A DNA stretch of 30,349 nucleotides from Rubricoccaceae bacterium (GCA_031425425.1 JANPJI010000734.1:1-30349); one strand, 5' to 3'. Shown: positions 10,675-20,562, counted from the first letter of the stretch. The notes: a model not told the origin generated them from the sequence alone. Numbers and translations: made by a program.

Positions 10675-11322
10675 GTGCGCTCGGTCTGTCTCGCGGTCTC
10701 CCTCGGCCTGGCCGCGGCGTGTTTCGCCGGGTGCGCCCTGTCTCGGCAGCCCACGGCAGACAGCCGGATCGAAGCGGGGACGAGGCACCTCGCCGAGGCT
10801 CCGTCCGACAGCGCCCGCCGCGCCGTCACGCGGCACCTCCTCGCGTCCGCCGGCCTGACGCCTCTGGCCGGCGAGCGGTTCACGTTCGGCAGCCCCGAGG
10901 TCGTCGCCGGCTTCGTCCCCGGTCGGGTGCCGGTCGAGCGGGACACGCTCGTCGTCGTGGCCGCTGGCGGCGCGTCCGCGGCCGTCGTGGCCGAGGCGGC
11001 GCGGGCGCTCGTAGAGGCGGCGGCGCGGAACGAGGGCCCGGAGCGGAGCGTGCTCGTCGCGCTGTGGGAGCCGGGGCGGACCGCCGAGCAGGGCCTCGCG
11101 GACGTTCTGGCCTTCGGGCTCTGGCCGTCCGATGCCATCCGCGGCGTGCTCGTCGTGAACGCCGCGCTCGCGCCCGACGAACCGCCCGTCGCGTCGTTCG
11201 CGACCGGGACGCCCGATGGGGCCTCGGCGGCGGCGCTCGCTGCCCGGATCCGAGAGTTGGCCGCCCGGCCGGTGCGCTCCGACACGTCCGCCGCAGATCC
11301 AGCCTCTGTGCTTCTCAACTGA
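10675..11322 (+). CDS. Lipoprotein with a degenerate M28 peptidase-like fold
   Basis: Lipobox-like FAGC after a hydrophobic stretch. Segments VAGFVPGR...TLVVVAA and PERSVLVALWE resemble the M28 scaffold, but the HYD, DD and EE ligand motifs are absent. Start moved to GTG 10675 because 10633 lies inside the terminator. Confidence 0.55.
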   Translation: MRSVCLAVSLGLAAACFAGCALSRQPTADSRIEAGTRHLAEAPSDSARRAVTRHLLASAGLTPLAGERFTFGSPEVVAGFVPGRVPVERDTLVVVAAGGASAAVVAEAARALVEAAARNEGPERSVLVALWEPGRTAEQGLADVLAFGLWPSDAIRGVLVVNAALAPDEPPVASFATGTPDGASAAALAARIRELAARPVRSDTSAADPASVLLN

Positions 11323-12155
11323 TGCTCCCCGTTCTCGCCACCGACACCGTCACCGGAGACCTCGCCCGCGCGGTCGGGTACGCGCTCCTGTGGGGCCTCG
11401 AAGGCGTCGCGCTGCGGACGGTCGGCGGCGAGCGCGTGCCGTTCGTGAACGAGGCCGTCCTCCGGCGTCGCCTCGCGGACGACGAGCTTCCCCTCGCTGC
11501 CGTCGACCCGGGCTTGTTCGAGGGCTCCGCGGCGGACCGGGCCGTGTGGCTCAACGACGTCGCCGCGTTCGACGACACCGCGGCGTTCTGCCGGCGCCTC
11601 GGGTGCGGGATCGTCCGTGTCGGCGCGCTCGGCGGCGGGGGTGAGCCTGCCGACCGCGTCGCGGCGCTGCGCGCGCTCGGAGACTCCGCGGCCCGGCACG
11701 GGCTGCGCCTCGCCGTACGCAACGAGTCCGGGACGGCCGTGGCGACGGGTGCCGGCCTCGCCGGCCTCCTCGCGGAGGTCGCACACCCGGCCGTCGGGGC
11801 CGACTGGCAGCCTCTGGAGGCATTCCGCACGGGCGAAGCCGTGCTCGACGGGCTCGACGCGCTCCTCGCCCTCGGCGGTGGTGCCGTCGCCTGCGTCGCC
11901 GTCGTGGATGAGGTCCCGGCCGACGACGGTGTGCTCGTGGACGCGGTCGTCGGGGAGGGCGTGCTCGCGTGGGCGGACCAGCTCGCGCGCCTCGCCGCAG
12001 CTGGCTATACCGGTCCGCTCGTGCTCGCCATTCCCGGCCGGCCGACGGGCGCAGCGGGCCTGTCGTCGGCGAGCGCGCTCGTCCGGCTGGCCCGCGCCGC
12101 CGTCCGAGCCGCGCGTGCGCCGAGTGGTGCGGGTCGGACAGGGGCGGCTCCGTGA
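11322..12155 (+). CDS. Xylose isomerase-like/AP endonuclease 2 TIM-barrel protein (sugar phosphate isomerase/epimerase family), metal ligands apparently lost
   Basis: ATG 11322 overlaps the upstream TGA. The pattern GLEGVALR...FCRRLGCGIVRV...LGDSAARHGLRLAVRNE...HPAVGADW...LAAAGYTGPLVL follows this family. Confidence 0.65.
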   Translation: MLPVLATDTVTGDLARAVGYALLWGLEGVALRTVGGERVPFVNEAVLRRRLADDELPLAAVDPGLFEGSAADRAVWLNDVAAFDDTAAFCRRLGCGIVRVGALGGGGEPADRVAALRALGDSAARHGLRLAVRNESGTAVATGAGLAGLLAEVAHPAVGADWQPLEAFRTGEAVLDGLDALLALGGGAVACVAVVDEVPADDGVLVDAVVGEGVLAWADQLARLAAAGYTGPLVLAIPGRPTGAAGLSSASALVRLARAAVRAARAPSGAGRTGAAP

Positions 12156-12931
12156 CAGACACCGCCGCCTCCACGCCTGCGGACCCGGCGGTCCGGGCCG
12201 AGCCGCCGCGGCCGACGTGGGCGGCGCACCTGTGGTTCGTGTGGGTCGCGTTCTGGGCGGTCGTCGGTTGCCTCGTGTTCAGCCCTGGCCTGGTGCTTCA
12301 CTCGGCGTTCCGGCCGACGGCCCGGACGTTCGTGACGTGGATGCGCCCGTGGAGCCGGTCTGTTCTCTTCATGATCGGCGTGCGCGCGCGCGTCGAGATC
12401 CGCGCGCCGCTGCCGGCGGGGCCGGTCGTGTTCGTCGCCAACCACCAGAACTCTGCGGACATCCTCGCGACGTCTGCGTGCCTGCCGCGGCCATTCGTGT
12501 ACGTCGCCCGGCACGAGCTGCGGTCGTGGCCCATCGTCGGGTGGGTGCTCGAGAAGTCGGCGTGCCTGTTCATCGACCGCTCGACCCCGCGTCGTGCGAT
12601 CGAGAGCCTCCGCGAGGCCGGCGTGCGGATCCGCGGCGGTGAATCTGTCCTGCTGTTCCCCGAGGGCGGGCGGAGCTACCGGCACCACACCGAGCCGTTC
12701 ATGCGCGGGTCGTTCATGCTCGCCGTCGAAGCCGGCGTCCCCGTCGTGCCGGTGACGCTCGTGGGCCACGTCGGCGTGATCGACGAGAAGGCGCGCACGG
12801 CGCGGCGGGGCGAGACGCGGGTCATCCTCGGCGTGCCCGTCGAGACGGCGGGAATGAGCCGGAGCGACGCCGCCGCGCTGAGCGACCACGTCCGAGCGAC
12901 GATCGAGGCCGAGCTGTCGCGGTTCGGGTAA
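12152..12931 (+). CDS. plsC: 1-acyl-sn-glycerol-3-phosphate acyltransferase
   Basis: Catalytic NHQNSAD (NHx4D), LFIDR and LLFPEGGRS motifs, plus an N-terminal TM helix. GTG 12152 overlaps the upstream stop (GTGA). Confidence 0.88.
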   Translation: MTDTAASTPADPAVRAEPPRPTWAAHLWFVWVAFWAVVGCLVFSPGLVLHSAFRPTARTFVTWMRPWSRSVLFMIGVRARVEIRAPLPAGPVVFVANHQNSADILATSACLPRPFVYVARHELRSWPIVGWVLEKSACLFIDRSTPRRAIESLREAGVRIRGGESVLLFPEGGRSYRHHTEPFMRGSFMLAVEAGVPVVPVTLVGHVGVIDEKARTARRGETRVILGVPVETAGMSRSDAAALSDHVRATIEAELSRFG

Positions 12932-13003
12932 GGGAACCGGGGATCCGCGTCGGGGCCGGTCGGGTGCCGTCGGTATCTTTTGCGTCCCGCCCGACACCCC
13001 GAA

Positions 13004-15604
13004 ATGGCAAAGCCACCGAAGAGCCGTCCCACCCCCGCACGGCCCGCGCCGCTCGCCGGCAACGACGGCTGGAAGCGCCGGAGCCGCGTCCGCGCGACTG
13101 GCCCCGTCCTCCGCGGCGAGGCGTCCGTGTGGGACCGGCTGCCGGACTGGGCGCAGCACGCCGTCTGCATCGGGTTCCTGCTCGTCGTCGCCGTCGGCTT
13201 CTTCTGGCCGACGACGTTCGGCGGCAAGGCGTTCGCCGGCGGCGACACGGTCCAGTGGCGCGCGACGGCCCAGGCGATGCAGGCGTACGAGGCCGAGACC
13301 GGCGACGCGGCGCTGTGGGCACCCAACGTGTTCGGTGGGATGCCCGGCTACCTCGTCTCGTACCCCACGCGCGTGCCCGGCGCGGACACCGTGGTCACGG
13401 CGCTGCGCGGGCTCGGGCTGTGGCCCGTCGCGCACTTCTTCGTGCTGTTGCTCGGGACGTACCTGCTGTCCGTCTTCCTCACGCGGTCCAAGTTGCCGGG
13501 CGTCGTCGCGGCGGTCGGCTTCGGGCTCTCGGCGTACCTCCCGATCATCCTCACCGCCGGCCACAACACCAAGTACGTCGCCCTCGCGTACGCGCCGTGG
13601 CTGCTGCTTGCCTTCGCCGGCGTGATCCGGCGCGAGCCCGGCACGAAGCGGATGAAGAGCATCTTCCTGACGCTCCTCTTCGCCATCGCCGCGGCGACGA
13701 ACCTGCGGGCGGGGCACGTCCAGATCACGTACTACGTCGTGGTGATCGCGGGCGTGTGGTGGATCGCCGAGGGCGTCTCCGCCTTCCGCGGCAAGACGCT
13801 CAGGACGTTCGCGTTCTCGACGGGCCTTCTCGTGGCCGGGGCCGTGCTGGGCCTCGCCCTCGTGGCGCAGCCGTACCTCGCGCAGTGGGAGTTCAAGCCG
13901 TTCACGACGCGCGGCGCGAGCGAGGGCGGCGGCCTCGCGTGGGACTACGCGATGCAGTGGAGCCAGGGCTGGGGCGAGCTGCTCACGCTCGTCATCCCGA
14001 ACGCGTACGGCGGCGGCGGACCGCTCTACTGGGGTCCTAAGGTGTTCACCGCCGGTCCCCACTACCTCGGTCCGGTGATCCTGCTGCTGGCCCTCATCGG
14101 GGCCGTCGGCGTGGCGCGGCGCTCGGTGTTCGCCTTCTGGCTGTCCGCGTTGCTGATGTCGGCGTTCGCGCTCGGCGAGCACTTCGAGCTGCTCAACCGG
14201 CCCGCCTTCGCGGCCCTGCCGCTGTTCAGCACGTTCCGCGTGCCCGAGACGTGGCTCGCCGCCGTCGCGCTGGTCGTGGCGCTTCTGGCGGGGTGGGGCG
14301 CGTACTACCTCCAGCGCCGCGAGGCGACGCCCGAGGCCGAGGCGCGCAAGACGCGCGTCGCCGGCGGGGCCGCCGCCGCGTTCGTGTTGCTCGTCGGTGG
14401 GCTGTGGATCACCGGCGGGGCAGGGCTCTCGTTCGAGAAGCCCGGCGAGGCGGAGCAGGTCGCCCAGGCCGTGGCCGCGCAGGCGGCCGAGGCGGGGCTC
14501 CCGCCCACGGACCCGCAGGTCGCGCAGGCCGCCACCCAGTACCTCGGCCAGATCCGGGCGGACCGCGTCGCCGCATTCTCATCCGACGCCGGCCGGTCGA
14601 TGCTCTTCCTCGCGCTCGCGTGTGCCTGCGTGGCGCTGCTCGTGACGCGCCGCGCGCCGGCGTTCGTCGCCCTCGGGGCGCTCGCGCTCCTCGCCACGGC
14701 CGACCTGTGGGGCGTCGGCCGGCGGTTCGTCTCCGACGACTCGCCGTCGCTCGTGCGCCGCCGCGCCGCCACGGCTGCGCCGCTGAGCGGGGCCGACACG
14801 TTCCTCGCCGAGCGCGCGCGCGCCGCCGGGCCGGGCACCTTCCGCGTGCTCCCCCAGAACCCGCTCTCGACGGCGGGTCCGTCTGCCTACGCCGAGTCCG
14901 TCGGCGGCTACAACGGGGTCCGCCTCGCCGCCTTCGAGGACTACCTCACCGAGACGCTCCCGGACTCGGCGACGGGCTACAACCGCAACGCGCTCCGCCT
15001 GCTGGCCGTCCGCTACGTCGTCGCGCAGGGTGTGGTGCCGGGGCTCGCGCCGGTGTACCAGGACCCGCAGACGGGCCAGGTCGTCTCCGAAGACGCGTCG
15101 GCCGCACCGCGGGCGTACCTCGTCGACCGCGTCGAGGTGGTGCCGGACGCGGCGGCGATGCGCGCGCGCGTCCGGAGCCTGCAGACCGACCTCGAGCGGG
15201 TCGCGTTCGTCTCGGCCGAGGTGCCGGGCGTCTCGGCCGCCGCCCTCTCCGGAGCTGCGCCCGACTCCGCCGGGACGTCCGTCGAACTCGACCGCTACCG
15301 GCCCGACGAGATCGTGTGGCGGGTCCGCTCGGACCGGCCGCGCCTGTTCGTCGCCTCGGAGGTGTACTACCCGGCCGGGTGGACGGCCCGCGTCGGCGAG
15401 GCGGACGCGCCGATCGTGGCGGTGGACGGGCTCGTCCGCGGCGTGCCCGTCCCGCGGGGCGAGAGCCTCGTCACGATGACGTTCCGCCCCGAGACGCACC
15501 GCACGAGCGTCATCGTCTCGTGGATCGCGTTCGTGCTCGCCTACGGCGGCGCGCTCGGGCTCGGCGGGCTGCTCTGGCTCCGCCGCGGCAAGCACCCGGC
15601 GTGA
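13004..15604 (+). CDS. YfhO-family multi-pass membrane protein (GT-C type glycosyltransferase)
   Basis: ALWAPNVFGGMPGYL, GHNTK, HVQITYY, WDYAMQWSQG, YWGPKVFTAGPHYLG, FSTFRVPETW, SVGGYNG and SEVYYPAGW, with many TM helices. Start at ATG 13004. Confidence 0.82.
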   Translation: MAKPPKSRPTPARPAPLAGNDGWKRRSRVRATGPVLRGEASVWDRLPDWAQHAVCIGFLLVVAVGFFWPTTFGGKAFAGGDTVQWRATAQAMQAYEAETGDAALWAPNVFGGMPGYLVSYPTRVPGADTVVTALRGLGLWPVAHFFVLLLGTYLLSVFLTRSKLPGVVAAVGFGLSAYLPIILTAGHNTKYVALAYAPWLLLAFAGVIRREPGTKRMKSIFLTLLFAIAAATNLRAGHVQITYYVVVIAGVWWIAEGVSAFRGKTLRTFAFSTGLLVAGAVLGLALVAQPYLAQWEFKPFTTRGASEGGGLAWDYAMQWSQGWGELLTLVIPNAYGGGGPLYWGPKVFTAGPHYLGPVILLLALIGAVGVARRSVFAFWLSALLMSAFALGEHFELLNRPAFAALPLFSTFRVPETWLAAVALVVALLAGWGAYYLQRREATPEAEARKTRVAGGAAAAFVLLVGGLWITGGAGLSFEKPGEAEQVAQAVAAQAAEAGLPPTDPQVAQAATQYLGQIRADRVAAFSSDAGRSMLFLALACACVALLVTRRAPAFVALGALALLATADLWGVGRRFVSDDSPSLVRRRAATAAPLSGADTFLAERARAAGPGTFRVLPQNPLSTAGPSAYAESVGGYNGVRLAAFEDYLTETLPDSATGYNRNALRLLAVRYVVAQGVVPGLAPVYQDPQTGQVVSEDASAAPRAYLVDRVEVVPDAAAMRARVRSLQTDLERVAFVSAEVPGVSAAALSGAAPDSAGTSVELDRYRPDEIVWRVRSDRPRLFVASEVYYPAGWTARVGEADAPIVAVDGLVRGVPVPRGESLVTMTFRPETHRTSVIVSWIAFVLAYGGALGLGGLLWLRRGKHPA

Positions 15605-16959
15605 GGGAACTGGGAACTGGGAACTGGCACGACGTCTCCCCGAAGGCTAGTCGCCCGACTCGCCTGCTCGTCGTGACGTACTACTTCCCGCCGTCGGGCG
15701 GGGCGGGCGTGCAGCGGCCGCTGAAGTGGGTGCGCTACTTCCGTGAGACCGGCATTGAGCCCGTCGTGCTGACGGTCCGCGCCGGGGCCTACCCCGCGCT
15801 CGACGCGAGCCTCCAAGCCGACGTGCCCGTCGGCACGACGGTCGTGCGGACGCGCGCGCCGGACCCGTTCGGCCTCTACGGCCGCCTCACGGGCCGTTCG
15901 CGCGGCGAGGCCGTCGCGGCCCGCACCGGGACCGTCGGCCAGAGCCGGTCTCTCCCGGAGCGCGCCTCGCGGTGGGCGCGGGCCAACCTGTTCGTGCCCG
16001 ACGCGCGCGTCGGGTGGGTGCCGTTCGCCGTCCGCGCCGCGCACCGGCTCTACCGCGAGACTCCCGTCGACGCCGTGCTCACGACGGGTCCGCCGCACTC
16101 GGCACACCTCGTCGGCCGCGCGCTCGCGCGGCGCCTCGGCCTGCCGTGGATCGCCGACCTCCGCGACCCGTGGACGGACATCCACTACACCGGCGCGCTC
16201 GGGCGGAGCGCGTGGGCGCAGCGCCTCGACGCGCGCCTCGAAGCGTCGGTCCTGCGCGAGGCGTCGGCCCTCATCACCGTCACGGCTCCGCTCCAAGACG
16301 CGTTTGCGCAAAAGGCCGGGCGGCCCGTCGCGCTCGTCCGAAACGGGTTCGACCCGGCGGACTTCCCGGCGGTCGGCCCTGCGCCGGCGCGCGGCCCGTT
16401 CGAGGTGCTCTACACCGGGACGCTCTACGATGTCCCGCACGGCCTTCTGGAGGCGCTCGCGTGGCTCCGCGGAGAGGGCGTGGACGTCCCGCTCCGCATC
16501 GTCGGGGCCGCCCCCGAGGCGCTCGTCGAGGCGGCCGCACGGCGCGGGATCGCCGACCTCGTCCGCTTCGGGCCGCCTGTTCCGCACGACGAGGCTGTCG
16601 CGCTCATGCGCGCTGCGGCGCTGCTGCTGATCACGGTCGAGGCGTGGAGCTACGCCGCAGGCGTCGTGCCGGGCAAGACGTACGAGTACCTCGCCTCCGG
16701 CCGCCCCGCCCTCGGGCTCGGGCCTGCAGACGGCGACGCCGCAGCCGTGCTCCGCGACACGGGCGGCGGCACGTTTCGTGCTCCCGGCGACGTGGACAGC
16801 ATCGCGGCCGTGCTCCGGGAGCACGCTGCGGCGTGGGCGGCGGGCACGCCGCGCGCCGGAGCGCCCGCCGAGGCGCTCGCTCCGTACAGCCGCCGCGTGC
16901 AGACGGCCGCCGTCGCGCGGATCGTCCAGGACGCAGTAGCCGCCGCGCGCGGCGCGTAG
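15601..16959 (+). CDS. Glycosyltransferase family 4 (GT-B)
   Basis: LLVVTYYFPPSGGAGVQR, TTGPPHSAH, WIADLRDPW, RNGFDPAD and PGKTYEYLASGRP. The only in-frame ATG/GTG/TTG before the first conserved strand is GTG 15601, overlapping the yfhO-like stop. Confidence 0.88.
   Translation: MRELGTGNWHDVSPKASRPTRLLVVTYYFPPSGGAGVQRPLKWVRYFRETGIEPVVLTVRAGAYPALDASLQADVPVGTTVVRTRAPDPFGLYGRLTGRSRGEAVAARTGTVGQSRSLPERASRWARANLFVPDARVGWVPFAVRAAHRLYRETPVDAVLTTGPPHSAHLVGRALARRLGLPWIADLRDPWTDIHYTGALGRSAWAQRLDARLEASVLREASALITVTAPLQDAFAQKAGRPVALVRNGFDPADFPAVGPAPARGPFEVLYTGTLYDVPHGLLEALAWLRGEGVDVPLRIVGAAPEALVEAAARRGIADLVRFGPPVPHDEAVALMRAAALLLITVEAWSYAAGVVPGKTYEYLASGRPALGLGPADGDAAAVLRDTGGGTFRAPGDVDSIAAVLREHAAAWAAGTPRAGAPAEALAPYSRRVQTAAVARIVQDAVAAARGA
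15605..15627 (+). repeat. Tandem heptamer (GGGAACT)x3 plus GG
   Basis: Perfect copies at 15605-15611, 15612-15618 and 15619-15625. Confidence 0.9.
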
Positions 16960-16987
16960 GGCTACTTTCGGCCACTCCCCGACGCCG

Positions 16988-17521
16988 ATGCCCCAGTTCA
17001 CGCCGCCCAACGCCGCGCACGCGCGCCGCTTCGCGCTCACGCGCCGCTTTCTCGGCGAAGCGCTCGCGCCGCCGGCTCACCTGCTGGACCTCGGCGGCGA
17101 CAACGTCTTCGCCGGGACGCTCCGCGAGGCCGGCTACACCGTCACCAACACCGACGCGGACTTGGACGACACGCCGGAGGCCGCCGCCGTCCAGGCGGAT
17201 GCGGTGACGGCGTTCGAGATCCTGGAGCACCTCGTCAACCCGCTCGGCGTGCTCCGCGCCGCGCAGGCCCCGCGCCTGTTCGCGACTGTCCCGATGCGCC
17301 TCTGGTTTTCGAGCGCCTACCGCAACCCCAGCGACCCGTGGGACCGCCACTACCACGAGTTCGAGGACTGGCAGTTCGACTGGCTCCTCGACAAGGCCGG
17401 CTGGACGGTCGTGCGCCGCGAGCGCTGGACGAGCCCGCCGACGGGTGTCCCGCTCGGCCTCCGGCCGCTGCTGCGGACCGTCACGCCGCGGTGGTACGCC
17501 GTCGAGGCCGCTCGGCGTTAG
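16988..17521 (+). CDS. Class I SAM-dependent methyltransferase-like protein
   Basis: Motif I-like LLDLGG, then DAVTAFEILEHLVNP and WDRHYHEF; it lies inside the glycan locus. Confidence 0.7.
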   Translation: MPQFTPPNAAHARRFALTRRFLGEALAPPAHLLDLGGDNVFAGTLREAGYTVTNTDADLDDTPEAAAVQADAVTAFEILEHLVNPLGVLRAAQAPRLFATVPMRLWFSSAYRNPSDPWDRHYHEFEDWQFDWLLDKAGWTVVRRERWTSPPTGVPLGLRPLLRTVTPRWYAVEAARR

Positions 17522-17524
17522 CCG

Positions 17525-18664
17525 ATGGCGCTCCAGATCCTCCACCTCGCCTCGGCACACGCTGCAACCGACCCGCGCATCGCCGAGAAGGAGTGCCGGA
17601 CGCTCGCCGGGGCGGGCCACGACGTCGCCTTCGTGGTTCCGCACGACCGAGACGAGATGCTGAACGGCGTTCGCATCCTCGCCGTGTCTCGCCCCCGCGA
17701 CGGAAAAGACCGGCTGCTCCACACGACGCGCGCCGTCGTCCGCCGCGCCGTCGCCGCGGCGCGCGGGCCGGAGACCGTCTTCCACGTCCACGAGGCAGAC
17801 CTGCTGCCGTTCGTGCTGCCGCTCGCCGCGCGCGGGCGCCGCGTCGTGTACGACGCCCACGAGGACACGCCGCGGCAGACGGCCCACCAGGCCTGGATCC
17901 CGGGCCTGCTCAAGCGCCCCGCCTCGGCGGTGTATGCCGGCCTCGAAGCGCTCGCCGGGCGATTCTGCGCCGGCGTCGTCGCCGCGACGCCGACGATCGC
18001 GGACCGCTACCCCGAGGCGAAGACCGCGCTCGTCCGCAACTTCCCCGTCCTGACAGACGCGCCTGTGCCGGCGTTCGAGACGCGCGAGGCGCTCGTGGCC
18101 TACGTCGGGGCCGTGACCGCGGCGCGCGGGGCGGCCGAGATGGTCCGCGCGGCGTCCTTTCTCCCCGAGAGCGCGCGCCTCGCCATCGCCGGGACGCCGT
18201 TCCCCGCCACTCTCCCCGAGCGCCTCGCCGGCCTGCCCGGGTCCGACCGGACCGACCTGCTCGGCTCGCTCGCCCGCCCCGACGTGGCGGCCCTCCTGGC
18301 GCGTGCGCGCGTCGGACTCGTCGCCCTCCACGCGACGCCGCAGTACGTGGACGCGTACCCGACCAAGCTCTTCGAGTACATGGCCGCCGGCCTGCCCGTC
18401 GTGGCTACCGACGTGCCGCTGTGGCGGAGCGTCGTCGACGGCGCGGGCTGCGGGCTCCTTGTGGACCCGCTGGACCCGGCCGCCATCGCTGCGGCATGTA
18501 CGCGCCTGCTCACGGACGACGCGCTCGCGGCGCGGATGGGCGAGGCGGGGCGCGTGGCGGCGCTCGACCGGTTCGCGTGGCGCGGGGAAGGGGAGAGGCT
18601 CGTCGCGTTCTACGACGCCCTCGCCGCGGGCCGTCCGCCCGGCCAGCCCCGCCCCGTGCTCTGA
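17525..18664 (+). CDS. Glycosyltransferase family 4 (GT-B)
   Basis: [30 protein letters not shown] and [19 protein letters not shown]. Confidence 0.88.
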   Translation: MALQILHLASAHAATDPRIAEKECRTLAGAGHDVAFVVPHDRDEMLNGVRILAVSRPRDGKDRLLHTTRAVVRRAVAAARGPETVFHVHEADLLPFVLPLAARGRRVVYDAHEDTPRQTAHQAWIPGLLKRPASAVYAGLEALAGRFCAGVVAATPTIADRYPEAKTALVRNFPVLTDAPVPAFETREALVAYVGAVTAARGAAEMVRAASFLPESARLAIAGTPFPATLPERLAGLPGSDRTDLLGSLARPDVAALLARARVGLVALHATPQYVDAYPTKLFEYMAAGLPVVATDVPLWRSVVDGAGCGLLVDPLDPAAIAAACTRLLTDDALAARMGEAGRVAALDRFAWRGEGERLVAFYDALAAGRPPGQPRPVL

Positions 18665-20166
18665 TGCTCAAGCGCCTCTTCCAGCAGAGCGGCATCTACA
18701 CGCTCGCGAGCGTCGTCGGCAAGGCCAGCGGCTTCGTCGTGACGCTGTATTACGTGGACCCGGCGTACCTCTCGAAGGCCGACTTCGGGACGTTCGACTA
18801 CCTCCTGTCCGTCCTGATGATCGCGCTCCTCGTCGCCGGGGCGGGCCTGCCGCTGGGGATCCTGCGGTTCGCGACGTCGCGTGAGGTCCCCGAGGCGGAG
18901 CGCGCGGCGGTCCCGGCGACGGCCCTGCTCATCGCGTTCGTCGCCTCGGCAGCCGTCGCGTGCGCGGCGTGGATCGGGGCACCGGCCCTCGCCGAGGTTC
19001 TGCTCCGCGACGCCTCGCGGGCCGGGCTCGTCCGCACGCTCGCGCTCTACATCGTCTGCAAGACCGTTGCCGACGTAGCCTACCAGGAGCTGCGCCGCCG
19101 CGAGCGGCCGGGCTTGTACGTCGCCATGACCGCGGCCGAGATGCTGCTCCAGACGGCGGCCGTGGTCGTGTTCCTCGTCGTGTTCCGGCTCGGGCTCGCC
19201 GGGATCCTCTACGGCTACCTCGCCGCAGCGGCGGTCCTGGCGACGGTCTCGACGGGCGTGCTGCTGGCGCGGGTCGAGCGGCGCGTGAGCTGGGCGCTCG
19301 TGCGCCCGATGATCGTGTTCGGGCTGCCGCTCGTCGTGTCCGGCATGGCCGGGCGGTTCCTGTACGCCGGCGACCGGTTCGTCATCCTGCACTTTCTGAC
19401 GCCCGACGACAACGCGGTCTACGCGTGGGCGTCGCGGTTCGGCGGGCTCGTCAACGCGTTCCTGGTGCAGAGCTTCCAGCTGGCGTTCACCGTCCTCGGC
19501 CTCCAGGCGCTCGGCGACGGTGGCGCGCCGGCCCTCCACCGGCGCGCGTTCCGGCACTTCTCCGTCGTCGCCGGCTTCGCCGTGCTCGGGCTGGCCCTGT
19601 TCGTGGACGACGTGAGCCGGGTCGTGACGCCGGACCCCGACTACGCGCGCGTCTCGGGGCTCGTGCTGCTCATCGCCGGCGGATTCGGGTGGTACGGGCT
19701 GTACTTCGTGACCGTCAACGTGCTCTTCGCCGCGGGGCGGACGCGCGCGGTCGCCGTGGCCGTCGGCGCGGCGGCGGCGCTCAACGCCGGGCTCAACTGG
19801 GTGCTCGTGCCGCGCTACGGCATCGCCGGGTCCGCCTTTTCGACGCTCGTCGCCTACGTCGCGCTGTCGGTCTGGACGGGCGTCTCGGCGGAGCGCATCA
19901 GCCGGGCGAACTACCCGTGGCGCGTGCCCGTGCTGCTGTCCGCCCTCGTCGGCGGGCTGTGGGCGGTGGGCGTCCCGACGGCCGCGTGGCCACTCGCCGA
20001 GCGCCTCGCGGCGCGGGCGGCCCTGCTGGCGCTGTACGTGCCCGCCCTGCTGGCCCTCGGCGTGTATGGCCGGGCGGACGTCGACGCGGGGCGGGGGGCC
20101 GTCCGGGCGTTCCAGGCGCGCCGCGCGGGCGTCAACGCGCCTCCCGAGGACGCCGAGGCGCGTTGA
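18664..20166 (+). CDS. Wzx-like oligosaccharide flippase (MOP superfamily)
   Basis: ATG 18664 overlaps the upstream TGA. About 12-14 TM segments; [37 protein letters not shown] and [19 protein letters not shown]. Confidence 0.85.
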   Translation: MLKRLFQQSGIYTLASVVGKASGFVVTLYYVDPAYLSKADFGTFDYLLSVLMIALLVAGAGLPLGILRFATSREVPEAERAAVPATALLIAFVASAAVACAAWIGAPALAEVLLRDASRAGLVRTLALYIVCKTVADVAYQELRRRERPGLYVAMTAAEMLLQTAAVVVFLVVFRLGLAGILYGYLAAAAVLATVSTGVLLARVERRVSWALVRPMIVFGLPLVVSGMAGRFLYAGDRFVILHFLTPDDNAVYAWASRFGGLVNAFLVQSFQLAFTVLGLQALGDGGAPALHRRAFRHFSVVAGFAVLGLALFVDDVSRVVTPDPDYARVSGLVLLIAGGFGWYGLYFVTVNVLFAAGRTRAVAVAVGAAAALNAGLNWVLVPRYGIAGSAFSTLVAYVALSVWTGVSAERISRANYPWRVPVLLSALVGGLWAVGVPTAAWPLAERLAARAALLALYVPALLALGVYGRADVDAGRGAVRAFQARRAGVNAPPEDAEAR

Positions 20167-20190
20167 CGCCTCGGGCCCCGGTGCTAGATT
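20163..20190 (+). promoter_or_regulatory. Sigma70-like promoter for the BMC operon
   Basis: TTGACG (20163-20168), a 16-nt spacer, then TAGATT (20185-20190) with an extended TG at 20182-20183, 84 nt before ATG 20275. Confidence 0.5.
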
Positions 20191-20274
20191 GCCCGCCCGG
20201 CCCCCGCCGACGTGCGGACCCCGCACGGCGCGACCCGCGCGCGCGGCGGCCTCCACCTCTCTAGAGCAGTTCCC

Positions 20275-20559
20275 ATGGCAACAGGAGATTCCGGTTCCGC
20301 CCTCGGCATGGTCGAGACGAAGGGCCTCATCGGCGCGATCGAGGCGGCGGACGCGATGGTCAAGGCGGCCCGCGTGACGCTCATCGGCAAGGAGCAGATC
20401 GGCGGCGGCTACGTCACCGTGATGGTCCGCGGCGACGTCGGCGCGGTCAAGGCGTCCACGGACGCGGGCGCGGCGGCGGCCGAGCGCGTCGGCGAACTCG
20501 TCTCGGTGCACGTCATCCCGCGGCCGCACGCCGAAGTCGAGCACATCCTCCCGGGCTGA
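20275..20559 (+). CDS. Bacterial microcompartment hexameric shell protein (BMC-H, EutM/PduA/CcmK type)
   Basis: [43 protein letters not shown] and [10 protein letters not shown]; 94 aa from ATG 20275. Confidence 0.95.
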   Translation: MATGDSGSALGMVETKGLIGAIEAADAMVKAARVTLIGKEQIGGGYVTVMVRGDVGAVKASTDAGAAAAERVGELVSVHVIPRPHAEVEHILPG

Positions 20560-20562
20560 CCC

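Noticed and set aside
14251-16959. 902-aa ORF suggesting a large fusion to the GT4
   Set aside because: The first 450 codons are an off-frame shadow of the YfhO-like gene (Arg/Gly/Pro-rich); real homology begins after 15601.
17338-20166. 942-aa ORF suggesting an extended flippase
   Set aside because: The upstream part overlaps the methyltransferase and GT4 in another frame; the flippase starts at ATG 18664.
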